A DNA stretch of 64,000 nt from Spirochaetia bacterium (lineage in GTDB: Bacteria > Spirochaetota > Spirochaetia > SZUA-6 > Bin103): assembly GCA_965203055.1 (NCBI GenBank), contig OZ241863.1, forward strand, positions 64,001 to 128,000, read 5' to 3'. A program made the translations under genes and the position numbers. The notes beneath the pieces are model-generated. The model was not told the DNA's origin and searched no databases. It saw only the letters and a program-made list of their open reading frames with translations. This document shows, in pieces, positions 47,598 through 58,337 of the stretch (positions within the stretch are counted from its first letter, which is position 1; each line of letters begins with the position of its first letter).

Positions 47598-47918
47598 ATG
47601 CAGCTTCAGGTAAAAGCGGTTCACTTCGAGCTGGCAGAGCGGCAACGACAACACGTCCACCGCCGGGTGCAGCGGTTCACCTTTGCGCACGAGTACCTGG
47701 TGGACCTGGCAGTGACCCTCACCCGGGAACGCAACCTGTTCCACGCCGAGGCCTCGCTGCACTTCCGGTGGGGCGCGATCACCCACCTCAAGGTGAGTGG
47801 CTATGATCTGATCGAGGCAGTCGACAGGCTGTTCGACAAGGTGCAGGCCAAAGTAACCAAGGAAAAGAGCCGGATCACTTCGCACGGCGACCCGCACCGC
47901 GCCGCGCCGCGCGGCTGA
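47598..47918 (+). CDS. hpf: Ribosome hibernation promoting factor (short HPF/RaiA)
   Basis: Follows rpoN, about 106 aa, DLIEAVD...K-x-x-K-x-K motif. AGGAG RBS present. Confidence 0.85.
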   Translation: MQLQVKAVHFELAERQRQHVHRRVQRFTFAHEYLVDLAVTLTRERNLFHAEASLHFRWGAITHLKVSGYDLIEAVDRLFDKVQAKVTKEKSRITSHGDPHRAAPRG

Positions 47919-47940
47919 CGCCGGCGCCGGCCGCCATCGG

Positions 47941-48897
47941 ATGACTGTTCTCGACCTGCTGCAGCTCGACCCGAAGGAGCACGAGCCGCTGGACCTGCGC
48001 TGCGTCGGCGGGCGCCGCGGGCTGACGGCGCAGCTCCACGGACCGGAGCTGAACCGGCCCGGCCTCGCCCTGGGCGGCTTCTTCGACAGCTTCGCCTGGC
48101 AGCGCATCCAGGTGTTCGGCCGGGGCGAGAGCGCCTACTTGCAGAAGCTGGCCGCGGAAGGGGTCACCGCGCCGCTGCGTGAGATGGTCTCGTATGAGCT
48201 TCCCTGCAGTGTATTTACCCACGGCATCGATCCCACCGAAGACTTTTTGCGCCTGGCGGAGGAGGCCGGACGGGCGGTGCTGCAAACGCCGCTGTCCACC
48301 GCCGACTTCACGTCGCGCGTGGTCCGCATTCTGGCCCTCATGTTCGCGCCGTCCACGCAGGTGCACGGCGTGATGCTGGAGGTGTTCGGGATGGGGGTGC
48401 TGCTTCAGGGGCCCAGCGGCGTCGGCAAGAGCGAAGCTGCGCTGGCACTGGTGGAGCGCGGCCACCGGCTGGTGGCCGACGACAAGGTCGATCTGCGCCT
48501 GGTCGGCAACGTGCTGCACGGCAGCGGGCCCCACGCCAGTCATCACATGGAGATCCGCGGCTTGGGCATCATCAACATCTCATACCTGTTCGGCGTGGGC
48601 GCGGTCCTCGATTCCAAGAGCGTGCAGCTCGTGGTGCGGCTGGAGGATTGGGAGCCGGGCAAAAGCTACGACCGGGTGGGACTCGATAAGAGTACCGTCG
48701 AGTTTCTCGACGTCGGCGTCCGTGAGGTGCTGATTCCGGTGCGCCCCGGGCGTCCCATCTGGATCCTCATCGAGACGGCGGCGATGAACGAACGTCTCAA
48801 ACACATGGGCTACTACTCGGCGGCAGAGTTCAACCGCAACGTCCCGCACTGGATGGACGGCAGTCGCCCGCGGACCGTCACGATCGAGGAGTGGTGA
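47941..48897 (+). CDS. hprK: HPr kinase/phosphorylase
   Basis: NRPGLAL, VHGV, G-x-SGVGKSE, LVADD, HMEIRGLGII and PVRPGR. Confidence 0.96.
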   Translation: MTVLDLLQLDPKEHEPLDLRCVGGRRGLTAQLHGPELNRPGLALGGFFDSFAWQRIQVFGRGESAYLQKLAAEGVTAPLREMVSYELPCSVFTHGIDPTEDFLRLAEEAGRAVLQTPLSTADFTSRVVRILALMFAPSTQVHGVMLEVFGMGVLLQGPSGVGKSEAALALVERGHRLVADDKVDLRLVGNVLHGSGPHASHHMEIRGLGIINISYLFGVGAVLDSKSVQLVVRLEDWEPGKSYDRVGLDKSTVEFLDVGVREVLIPVRPGRPIWILIETAAMNERLKHMGYYSAAEFNRNVPHWMDGSRPRTVTIEEW

Positions 48898-48900
48898 GCG

Positions 48901-49173
48901 TTGATCGAACGTGAAGTTCTCATCATCAACCGGGCGGGCATCCATGCCCGCCCGGCCGCCAAGCTGGTGCAGACCGCCAGCGCGTTCTCGTGCGACATCT
49001 TTCTCGAGAGCGGGGGCGAACGGGTCAACGGAAAGTCCATCATGGGCATCATAACGTTGGGGGCCACCTATCAGACCAGGGTCAGAATCATTGCCGACGG
49101 CGCCGATGAACAGGCCGCGGTGGCCGCTCTGGCCGAGCTGTTCGCGCGCCGCTTCGAAGATCCGGAGTCGTGA
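48901..49173 (+). CDS. ptsH: Phosphocarrier protein HPr
   Basis: GIHARPA (His15) and NGKSIMG (Ser46). Confidence 0.95.
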   Translation: MIEREVLIINRAGIHARPAAKLVQTASAFSCDIFLESGGERVNGKSIMGIITLGATYQTRVRIIADGADEQAAVAALAELFARRFEDPES

Positions 49174-49243
49174 TCGGAGCCGGGGCGCCGGCCGGCGCCC
49201 TTGGCGCGGCGCGGCGCAATCTTCATAATGCCGGAGAGCGGCG

Positions 49244-49855
49244 ATGAAGGGGTTGACGATCCGCCAGCGCGAGGTGTATGAGTTCATCGAAGGGTTCATC
49301 CGGCACAAGTACCCGCCGACGGTGCGCGAGCTCGCCGGCCACTTCGCCATTTCCGTCAGAGCGGCGCACGATCATCTCAAGGCACTGAAGAAGAAGGGCT
49401 TCATCCGCTGGGACGAGGGCCGGTCGCGGTCCATCGAGTTGCTTGACGCCGTCAGTCCCGCGCCGCCCCCGGAGCTGATAACGCGCGTTCCCTTGCTGGG
49501 CATCGTGGCGGCCGGGGTTCCGGTATTTGCCGACGAGAACTTCGAGGGCAGCGTGGTAATAGCCAGCGAGCTGCTCGGTTCCGGCGATCACTTCGCGTTG
49601 CGCGTGCAGGGGGACAGCATGAACGACGCCGGCATCCTCGACGGCGACATCGCCGTCATCCACCGCCAGCAGCATGCCGACAACGGCGACATCGTGGGAG
49701 TGATGATCGATCAGAAGGCGACCCTGAAGCGGTTCTTCCTGGAAGCCAACCGGGCCCGCCTGGAGCCGGCGAGTCGCAACCGCAGCCACCGGACGATATT
49801 CACCCGCGAACTCAGAATCCTCGGCAAGCTCCGGGTGGTGCAGCGGGTCTATTGA
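49244..49855 (+). CDS. lexA: SOS repressor LexA
   Basis: LT-x-RQ, PPTVRE, Ala-Gly cleavage site VAAG, GDSM (Ser) and ATLKR (Lys). Confidence 0.95.
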   Translation: MKGLTIRQREVYEFIEGFIRHKYPPTVRELAGHFAISVRAAHDHLKALKKKGFIRWDEGRSRSIELLDAVSPAPPPELITRVPLLGIVAAGVPVFADENFEGSVVIASELLGSGDHFALRVQGDSMNDAGILDGDIAVIHRQQHADNGDIVGVMIDQKATLKRFFLEANRARLEPASRNRSHRTIFTRELRILGKLRVVQRVY

Positions 49856-50928
49856 TGCCGTCCGGGACGAAGCGTACGCGGCGCGGCGCCAGCTCGCGCC
49901 GCGCCGCGCCGGCGCGCCGGGACGGCAGCCTGAGCGGCGGCGTACATCTCCTGCTCGGCCCGGAGGCGGGCCGCAAACGCGCCTTCGTGGAGCAGATCGC
50001 GGCGGCCGCCCAAGCGCGCCACGGCAACGTCGAGGTGCGGCGCGCCTTCCCCTACGACAACGACCTGATCGATCTGGTCGCCACCCTGCGCACGCCGGGA
50101 TTGTTCGCCGCCCATCAAGTCGTAGTGCTGCAGGAGGCGCAGGATCTGCGCGCCGGCAACCAGCTTGCCGCGCTGGCGGCGTACTGCCAGGAGCCGGCCG
50201 CGGCCAGCACGCTGGTCATGACGGCCAACGGCATGGCGCGCGACCTGCCGGCCGCCCTGACCCGCGCCGTGGGCAAGGAACGCACCAGAGTCTTCTGGGA
50301 AATGTTCGACAACGAGAAGCAGGGCTGGCTGCTGCACTTCTTCCGCAGCCGGGACATTCGCATCGACGCCGCCGCCTGCGCCCTGATCCTGGAACTGGTG
50401 CCGGCCGACGTTGCCTCGCTCGACGCGCTGTGCGGCAACCTGGCCAGCTTCTTCGGCGCCGGCGCCGCCATCTCGGCGCCGGACATCGAACAGTTCCTCT
50501 ACCACAGCAAGGAAGAGACCGTGTTCTCGCTGTTCGACCGGGTAGCGGAACGCGACCTGCAGGGCTGCCTGGAGACGGTGACGACGCTGCTCCTGTCGCG
50601 CCGCGGCGATGCGGTGCAGATCATCGGCGTGCTGCTGAGTCAGTTCCAGCGTCTGACCCAGCTCAAGGAGCTGCTGGCGGAGCGTACTTCCGAGGCGGCC
50701 GCGCTGCAGAAGTTGCGCATCACCGGCAAGCGCCTGCAACACACCTACCAGGAGGCTCATCGCCGCTACCCGGACGCGGCGATGGAGCCGATCTACCGCC
50801 TGCTGGTCGAGTTCGACACGCGCGCCCGCCTCCTCAGCCAGGAGTTGTCCGAGCCGCTGCTGCAGCTCCTGCTGTATCATGTTGTCGCGCGAGGCGGGCA
50901 AGGAGTGTGGCGGCCGTTTCGCGTGTAA
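49852..50928 (+). CDS. holA: DNA polymerase III subunit delta
   Basis: LLLGPE-x-G, L-x-x-x-GLF, VFWEMF and HSKEE-x-x-F-x-LF. Position after lexA fits. Confidence 0.8.
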   Translation: MMPSGTKRTRRGASSRRAAPARRDGSLSGGVHLLLGPEAGRKRAFVEQIAAAAQARHGNVEVRRAFPYDNDLIDLVATLRTPGLFAAHQVVVLQEAQDLRAGNQLAALAAYCQEPAAASTLVMTANGMARDLPAALTRAVGKERTRVFWEMFDNEKQGWLLHFFRSRDIRIDAAACALILELVPADVASLDALCGNLASFFGAGAAISAPDIEQFLYHSKEETVFSLFDRVAERDLQGCLETVTTLLLSRRGDAVQIIGVLLSQFQRLTQLKELLAERTSEAAALQKLRITGKRLQHTYQEAHRRYPDAAMEPIYRLLVEFDTRARLLSQELSEPLLQLLLYHVVARGGQGVWRPFRV

Positions 50929-52777
50929 TCCCGGCGCGGGAGGCGATCGTCTCCGGCGACTCGGCCAGGAGCGCCTCCACCGAGCCGAACACCTCCAGCA
51001 GGCGGCGGCTGCGGGCGCGGCCGATGCCGTGCACCGATTCCAGCAGCGACAGACCGACGCGCTTGCTGCGCAAGCGGCGGTTGAAGCCGGTGGCGAAGCG
51101 GTGGGACTCGTCCCGGGCGCTCTGCAGCACGCGCAACGCCGGCGAAGTGGCGGGCAGGAGCACCGGATGGGAGCGGCCCGGCAGGAAGATCTCTTCGTTG
51201 CGCTTGGCCAGTCCGGCGACCGGCAGGTGGTCCAGTTCGAGGGCGCGCAGGATGCGCACCGCGGCGCTTACCTGCCCCTTGCCGCCGTCTACCAGCACCA
51301 GGTCGGGCAATGGGCGGTTGTCGTTGACCAGGCGGGTGTAGCGCCGCGCCACTACCTCGCGCATGGCCGCGAAGTCGTCCACCTGGTCGCCCAGGGTGCG
51401 CAGTTTGAAATGCCGGTAGGACTGCTTTTCCGGGCTGCCGTCCACGAACACCACCAGCGAGGCCACCGTGTCGCGACCCTGCAGGTGGGAGATGTCGAAC
51501 GCCTCGATGCGGCGCGGCGTGGCATCCAGTTGCAGCGCGTCACGCAACGCTTCGAGGGCGCTGAGCTTCGCGTCGCGGTCGGCGCGCTGCTGTTCACCGG
51601 TCTCCCAATCCACGCGCGCGTTGTGCTCCGCAAGGCGCAGGAAGCGGGCGTGCTTGCCGCGTTGCGGCACCTTCACGTGCAGCCGCGCCGGCCGCCGCCC
51701 GGCGGCAGGAGCGGCCGCATCGCCGCGGTCCGCGCCGCCGCCGGGCGCAGGGCCAAGCACGGTACGGTCGAGAGCGCGCTGCAACAGCTCCGCGGCCGCC
51801 GCCGGCAGGCGCAGGAACACGCTGCGCGGGCGGGTCTGGATGCCGGCGTAGTACTGGAGCAGAAAGCTAGGCAGCACCTCCTCAGGCGGCGCCGTATCCA
51901 GCAGCCGGAAGCGCTCCTTGCCGAGTAGCTGGCCGTGGCGGACCGGCAACAGGGTGACGGTGTAGTGGGCGCCGTCCTGGTGGCAGCCCACGTAGTCGCG
52001 CGCCTCCCGCGAGAAGTCGACCACGTCCTGTTCGCTGTCGACCACCTCGCCGATCGCGCGGATCCGGTCGCGCAGCTCGGCGGCGCGCTCGAAGCGCAGC
52101 GCCGCGGCTTCCTGCTGCATCAGGGCGCGCAGCTCGCGGATCAGCTCGGCGCTGTTGCCGGTAAGCAACTTGCGCACCGCGGCCACCCGCCGCTGGTACG
52201 CCGGGGCGTCGATGTGGCCGACGCAGGGCGCCGCGCAACGCCCGATATGGTAGTTCAGACAAGGCTGGTCGCGGCGCTTGAACACCTCGCCGCGCTTGCG
52301 CAGGGGAAACAGCTTGTCGATCAAGGTAAGGTAGACGTCGATCCGGTTGACCTTGGGAAAGGGACCGAAGTACTCGGAGCCGTCGAGCACGATGGTGCGG
52401 GTGCGGAACACCTTCGGGTATTCCTCATTGGTCAAGCGGATGACGGGGTAGGACTTGCCGTCCTTGAGATTGATGTTGTAGCGCGGGGCGCGGTCCTTGA
52501 TGAGCGAGTTCTCCAACAGCAGCGCCTCGAACTCGCTGTGGGTGACGATCACCTCGAAGTCCGCCACCCGGCTGACCAGCACGAGGGTCTTGAGATCGCG
52601 CGCCGCGCCCGCCCCCCCGGCATTGAAGTAGGTCCCGACCCGAGCCCGCAGGTTCTTGGACTTGCCCACGTACAGCACCTGACCGCGGCGGTCCTTGAGC
52701 AGGTAGACGCCGGGCGCGCGCGGCAGCTCCCGCGCCATCCGCGGCAGATCGGCCGTTGCCGTGTCGCCAACACCCAT
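50834..52777 (-). CDS. uvrC: Excinuclease ABC subunit C
   Basis: GIY-YIG domain (PGVY, YVGKSKNLR), FERAA, RIEAFDIS, DGGKGQ, RDESHRFA and HhH. Confidence 0.97.
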   Translation of the reverse strand: MGVGDTATADLPRMARELPRAPGVYLLKDRRGQVLYVGKSKNLRARVGTYFNAGGAGAARDLKTLVLVSRVADFEVIVTHSEFEALLLENSLIKDRAPRYNINLKDGKSYPVIRLTNEEYPKVFRTRTIVLDGSEYFGPFPKVNRIDVYLTLIDKLFPLRKRGEVFKRRDQPCLNYHIGRCAAPCVGHIDAPAYQRRVAAVRKLLTGNSAELIRELRALMQQEAAALRFERAAELRDRIRAIGEVVDSEQDVVDFSREARDYVGCHQDGAHYTVTLLPVRHGQLLGKERFRLLDTAPPEEVLPSFLLQYYAGIQTRPRSVFLRLPAAAAELLQRALDRTVLGPAPGGGADRGDAAAPAAGRRPARLHVKVPQRGKHARFLRLAEHNARVDWETGEQQRADRDAKLSALEALRDALQLDATPRRIEAFDISHLQGRDTVASLVVFVDGSPEKQSYRHFKLRTLGDQVDDFAAMREVVARRYTRLVNDNRPLPDLVLVDGGKGQVSAAVRILRALELDHLPVAGLAKRNEEIFLPGRSHPVLLPATSPALRVLQSARDESHRFATGFNRRLRSKRVGLSLLESVHGIGRARSRRLLEVFGSVEALLAESPETIASRAGITRETAATLLARLARQHDTAGAAAAARTTPG

Positions 52778-52868
52778 TGGGTAGTAGTATAGTATGGCGG
52801 GTGCGCGCGATCTGTGGCATACTGGTTTGACGGGACGTGGCGGCGGCTTGGCGCGCGGTCCCGGCCGC

Positions 52869-52941
52869 GGGGGATTAGCTCAGGTGGTAGAGCGATTGGT
52901 TCGCAATCAATAGGTCAGGGGTTCGAGTCCCCTATCCTCCA
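52869..52941 (+). tRNA. tRNA-Ala(CGC)
   Basis: Acceptor GGGGGAT/ATCCTCC with G3:U70, anticodon arm ATTGG-TT-CGC-AA-TCAAT and GGTTCGAGTCC. CCA not encoded. Confidence 0.96.
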
Positions 52942-52956
52942 AGGAGGCCCCACGCC

Positions 52957-53508
52957 GTGATCGTCTCCCAGGAGACGTTGCGGGAGCTCATGGCCAGCGG
53001 CGCGGTAGTCGTCGCGCCGCTGGCGCCGGATCAGTTGCAGCCCGCCTCCATCGACCTCACCTTGGGCGACCACTTCCTCAAGGTAGACGAGAACGCCGTC
53101 GACCGCATCACCCTGGACGCAGAGTTGCGCTACGTCCCGCTGCACACCGAGGAGATCGTGATTCCCCCGCTCTCGTTCCTGCTCGCCGTCACCCGCGAGC
53201 GGATCAAGCTGCCGCACGACATTACGGCGTTCGTCGAGGGCCGCAGCTCCATCGGGCGGCTGGGACTGTTCATTCAGAATGCCGGCTGGGTGGATCCCGG
53301 CTTCGACGGCACCCTTACCCTGGAGCTGTTCAACGCCAACCGGCTCCCCATTCGACTGCGCGCCGGCCGGCGCATCTGCCAGATCGTATTCGCCCAACTG
53401 GACCGCAGCACCGGTCATCCCTACCGCGGCAAGTACCAGCATCAATCGAGCGCCGTCGGCAGCCGCATCCACCTCGACCGGCAAGCGCCGGCGCCGGCCG
53501 ACGCCTGA
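52957..53508 (+). CDS. dcd: dCTP deaminase
   Basis: QPASIDLTL, EGRSSIGRLG, VDPGF-x-G-x-LTLE and Y-x-GKYQ. Confidence 0.95.
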   Translation: MIVSQETLRELMASGAVVVAPLAPDQLQPASIDLTLGDHFLKVDENAVDRITLDAELRYVPLHTEEIVIPPLSFLLAVTRERIKLPHDITAFVEGRSSIGRLGLFIQNAGWVDPGFDGTLTLELFNANRLPIRLRAGRRICQIVFAQLDRSTGHPYRGKYQHQSSAVGSRIHLDRQAPAPADA

Positions 53509-53538
53509 CGCGGCCGCCGGCCACTCCCGCCGCGGCCG

Positions 53539-54834
<1,296 letters not shown>

Positions 54835-54922
54835 TGATGATATGGCCTGCTACAAAGTATAGGGTACCCGGAAACCGCGCCGCAACGGCGCTGCCGGAGG
54901 GCGGGCGGGCAGGCGCTTGCTG

Positions 54923-56341
54923 CTACGAGGCCGGCAGGCGCAGGGTGAAGGTGCTGCCGCGGCCTGGGCTGCTGCGGACGTTCACCTCGCCGGCGTGCGC
55001 CTGGGCGATGTGCTTGACGATGGCGAGGCCGAGGCCGGTGCCGCCGTAGGCGCTGCTGCGGGCGCGGTCTACGCGGTAGAAGCGCTCGAAGATGCGCTCC
55101 TGGTGCTCGGGCGCGATGCCGCTGCCGGCGTCGGTCACGTCTATCAGCACGCTGCCGGCGGCGCGCCGGGCGCGGACCTCGACCGGCGCGCCGCGGCGGC
55201 TGTAATTGATGGCGTTGTCGAGCAGGTTGGTGACCGCCTGCTCCACGAGCTGCGCGTTCATGCGGCAGGTAAGGTCGGGATCGCAGCTTGACTGCAATGC
55301 CACGCCGCGCGCCGCGGCGGCCTGCCCGCACGACACCATGGCGGAGGAAATGACCGGGGCGAGCGCCGTGTCGGTGAACCTGATGCTGCTGCGCTCCTCA
55401 CCCAACTCGATGTCGGCCAGACTCAGCAGATCGTCGATGATCGCGCCCAGGCGTAGCGCCTGCCGGTGAGTGATCCGCAGAAAGCGACGCGCCTCCGGGC
55501 CGGCGCACATCTCGTTGTCCAGCAGGGTCTCTACGAAGCCGCTGATGGAGGTGACGGGGGTGCGCAGTTCGTGGGAAACGTTGGCCACGAAGTCGCGCCG
55601 CACCTGCTCCAGATGGCGCAGGCGGGTCACGTCGCGCACCACCACCAAGGCGCCGCGTTCGCCGCCGGCGCCGGCGAACGGCTGGCTCTGCGCCTGCAGC
55701 CAACGCGGTTCGCGGCCGGGAATGCGAACGTCGGCGTCGGCGCACTCGTCGTGATACAAGGCCGGCTCCGCCACCTCGGCCACGCCGTGCTCCTGCAGCA
55801 GGCCGCGCGCCGCGCTGAGCCGCGCGCCGGCGCCAGCCGCGGGCTCCGCGCCACCGGCGCCCAACATGTCCGCCCCGGTGGGATTGATCTCCAGGAGCGT
55901 GCCGTCGCGGCCGAACACCAGCACCCCGTGCGGCAGGCCGTCGATCACCGCGCTCAGGCGCCGGTGGGCCTGCTCCAGGTCACGCATCCGTTCCTGCGCC
56001 GCGGCCGCGAGCGACTCCAGCGGCGCGTCCGGCCCGGCGCCATCCCCGCGCGCGGCGGCCAGCATCCGGCCGCTGCGCGCGGCCGGGCGCGCGTAGCAAC
56101 GCCACACCGCCAGCAGCGCCGCGCCAACCGCGACCGCCAGCAGCGCCGCGCCAACCGCGGCCGCCGGCGCGCGCCCGGGCAGGCCGGCGGCCAGACCGGT
56201 CGCCACTCCCAATGCGGCTACGGCCGCCAGGCTGCCGCCAACGGCCGCCAACCGCCGCCAACCGCCGGTGCCGCCGCGGCGCGGCGTCCCGAGTGGTGAG
56301 CCGCGCGCCTGGTCCGGTTGCGGCGTCGGCGGGTCGTTCAC
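54923..56341 (-). CDS. PhoR-like PAS sensor histidine kinase
   Basis: RRDFVANVSHELRTP, NLLDNAINY, RIFERFYRVD and GGTGLGLAIVKH. Confidence 0.9.
   Translation of the reverse strand: MNDPPTPQPDQARGSPLGTPRRGGTGGWRRLAAVGGSLAAVAALGVATGLAAGLPGRAPAAAVGAALLAVAVGAALLAVWRCYARPAARSGRMLAAARGDGAGPDAPLESLAAAAQERMRDLEQAHRRLSAVIDGLPHGVLVFGRDGTLLEINPTGADMLGAGGAEPAAGAGARLSAARGLLQEHGVAEVAEPALYHDECADADVRIPGREPRWLQAQSQPFAGAGGERGALVVVRDVTRLRHLEQVRRDFVANVSHELRTPVTSISGFVETLLDNEMCAGPEARRFLRITHRQALRLGAIIDDLLSLADIELGEERSSIRFTDTALAPVISSAMVSCGQAAAARGVALQSSCDPDLTCRMNAQLVEQAVTNLLDNAINYSRRGAPVEVRARRAAGSVLIDVTDAGSGIAPEHQERIFERFYRVDRARSSAYGGTGLGLAIVKHIAQAHAGEVNVRSSPGRGSTFTLRLPAS
56106..56159. repeat. Perfect 27-bp tandem duplication in the kinase TM region
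   Basis: ACCGCCAGCAGCGCCGCGCCAACCGCG at 56106 and again at 56133. Confidence 0.9.
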
Positions 56342-56343
56342 GC

Positions 56344-57048
56344 CTAGGGCGCCGGGTCGGAGAAGCGGTAGCCGACGCCGCGCACGGTCTCGATGAGCCG
56401 ATTGTTGGCGCCCAGCTTCTTGCGCACCCCGGCGATGAGCACGTCGATGGAGCGGTCGGTTACCGGGTAATCGGGCCCATGGACCGCGGCCACGAGCTGG
56501 TTGCGGGTAAACACCCAGCCGGGGCGGGCGGCGAGGAACTGCAGCACCGCGAACTCGGTGGCAGTCAGCGGCACCGCCCGCCCGCCGTACTTTACGTCGC
56601 GCTTGCCGGGGTGAATGGTCAGCTCGCCGATGGTCAGGGGCGCCTGCTCGTCATGCACCTCAGCGCCATGCCGGCGCAGCACCGCCTTGAGCCGCGCGAC
56701 CAGTACCCGCGGCCTGAACGGCTTGGTGACGTAGTCCTCGGCGCCCTGTTCCAGGCCGGCCACGATGTCGGCCTCGTCGCCCCTGGCGGAGATCATGATG
56801 ATCGGCACCCCGCGGGTCATGACGTTGGACTTCAGCGCCCGGCACAGCGCCAGACCGTCCATACCCGGCAGCATGATGTCTACCAGGATCAGCCCCAGGG
56901 AGACCTGCTCCACGATCCGCAGGGCCTTCTCGGCGGTGGCCGCGGCCAAGGTGACGAAGCCCTCCTTCTCGCAGTTGAAGCGGATCAGCTCCGTGATGTC
57001 GGCCTCATCCTCGACCACCAGGATGCGGTTGCTTGCGGAAGCCGCCAT
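56344..57048 (-). CDS. PhoB/OmpR family response regulator
   Basis: ILVVEDE, DIMLPGMDG, KPF, LTATEF and IETVRGVGY. Confidence 0.93.
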   Translation of the reverse strand: MAASASNRILVVEDEADITELIRFNCEKEGFVTLAAATAEKALRIVEQVSLGLILVDIMLPGMDGLALCRALKSNVMTRGVPIIMISARGDEADIVAGLEQGAEDYVTKPFRPRVLVARLKAVLRRHGAEVHDEQAPLTIGELTIHPGKRDVKYGGRAVPLTATEFAVLQFLAARPGWVFTRNQLVAAVHGPDYPVTDRSIDVLIAGVRKKLGANNRLIETVRGVGYRFSDPAP

Positions 57049-57053
57049 CCCGC

Positions 57054-58337
57054 CTACCCTGCGCCGGGGTCCGCGTTCGGCGTTATCGCGGCGCGCGTGG
57101 CCGCCAGCCGCGCTCCCTTCCATTCGGTGCGCACGCCGGCGATGGCCAACACCGTGATGTAGGCGTAGAAGCCCATGAAGAACAACGTATAGGGCACCAC
57201 CCGCGCCAGGGCGCGCCCGCGGCGCCGCCGGTACAGCACCGCTTCCAGGGTGGCCAGCGTGCCGATGCTGAGCAGCGAGGTGAGCGGCAGCGCCGCCAGC
57301 CACGGCGCCAGCAGCGTCCCCGGCGCGGCCGCCACGCTGGCAATCAGAAACAGCGTCACGTAGCGGTACCCCCAGGCCGCGGCGCGGTCGCCGCTGAAGA
57401 ACGCGCCGCCGTTCCAGCGTACGTGCTGGTTGATGAAGCGGCGCCAGCTCGGTTGCGGCTCGGTGGTGACCTGGGTGGCCGGCAAGGTAGCGGGCCGCAC
57501 CCTCCAGCCGCACCGGCTCGCCGCCCCGATCAGCGCCGCATCTTCCGTCAGGGTGTAACCCAGCGAGCGAAATCCGCCGATCCGGGCCAGCACCGGCGCG
57601 CGTAGCGCCAAGTTGTTGCCGAAGCATCCCGTGGGTCTGCCCAGGCCGGCGCTGCCGGTGGAATACTGATGCACCAGCGGCTGCTCGAACGCTTGGTAGC
57701 GGTCCAGAAAGCGGGGCCGCCGGCGGGCCCCCCTGGAACGCACTGCCAACTGCCCGAAGACCACGCCGACCGCGCCGCCGGGGTCGCCGGTGAAGTAGGC
57801 CGCCAGACCCGCCACCCAGGTGGGAGGCACGATGCAGTCGGCGTCGGTGAAGAACAGCAATTCGCCGCCGGCCGCCGCCACCCCCAGGTCCAGCGCCTGC
57901 TGCTTGCCGGTGCAGTCCACCGGCGGGCGCCGGTTGCGTACCACCCGCACCGGATAGGGCGCCGCGGCCCGATGCCGCTCCATGATCGCTGCGGTGGCGT
58001 CGCTCGAACGGTCATCCACCAGTACCAACTCGAAGGCGGTCGTGGTCTGAGCGGCCAGGGAAGCCAACAGATGCGGCAATGCGTCCTGCTCGTCCATCGC
58101 CGCGACCACCACCGACACCGCGGGCGGCGCGGGGGCGGGGCGCCCGCCGCGCGCGGCTCCGGCCCGGGCCGGATGCGCCGGAGCCCGCGCCGGGCGCGCC
58201 AGAGCCCGCGCCGGCAGAACGGAGCGACGGTCGTGGCCGCGGGCGCGCAGGATACCGGTCGCGAGCCCGCCGTGGGTGAGCAGCATCGACGCGCAGAGCG
58301 CCAACACTGCCCACTGCAGCGCGCCGCCGGCGGTCAT
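57054..58337 (-). CDS. Glycosyltransferase family 2, membrane-bound
   Basis: VDDRSSD, GK, FTDADC, TED and NQHVRW (QxxRW). Confidence 0.88.
   Translation of the reverse strand: MTAGGALQWAVLALCASMLLTHGGLATGILRARGHDRRSVLPARALARPARAPAHPARAGAARGGRPAPAPPAVSVVVAAMDEQDALPHLLASLAAQTTTAFELVLVDDRSSDATAAIMERHRAAAPYPVRVVRNRRPPVDCTGKQQALDLGVAAAGGELLFFTDADCIVPPTWVAGLAAYFTGDPGGAVGVVFGQLAVRSRGARRRPRFLDRYQAFEQPLVHQYSTGSAGLGRPTGCFGNNLALRAPVLARIGGFRSLGYTLTEDAALIGAASRCGWRVRPATLPATQVTTEPQPSWRRFINQHVRWNGGAFFSGDRAAAWGYRYVTLFLIASVAAAPGTLLAPWLAALPLTSLLSIGTLATLEAVLYRRRRGRALARVVPYTLFFMGFYAYITVLAIAGVRTEWKGARLAATRAAITPNADPGAG

Noticed and set aside
49174..49243. LexA box upstream of lexA
   Set aside because: Only a GC-rich palindrome is present, with no recognisable SOS-box consensus.
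50834..50928. Convergent overlap of holA and uvrC as a regulatory feature
   Set aside because: Short 3' overlaps with low-complexity tails are common in high-GC genomes, and nothing else supports a function.
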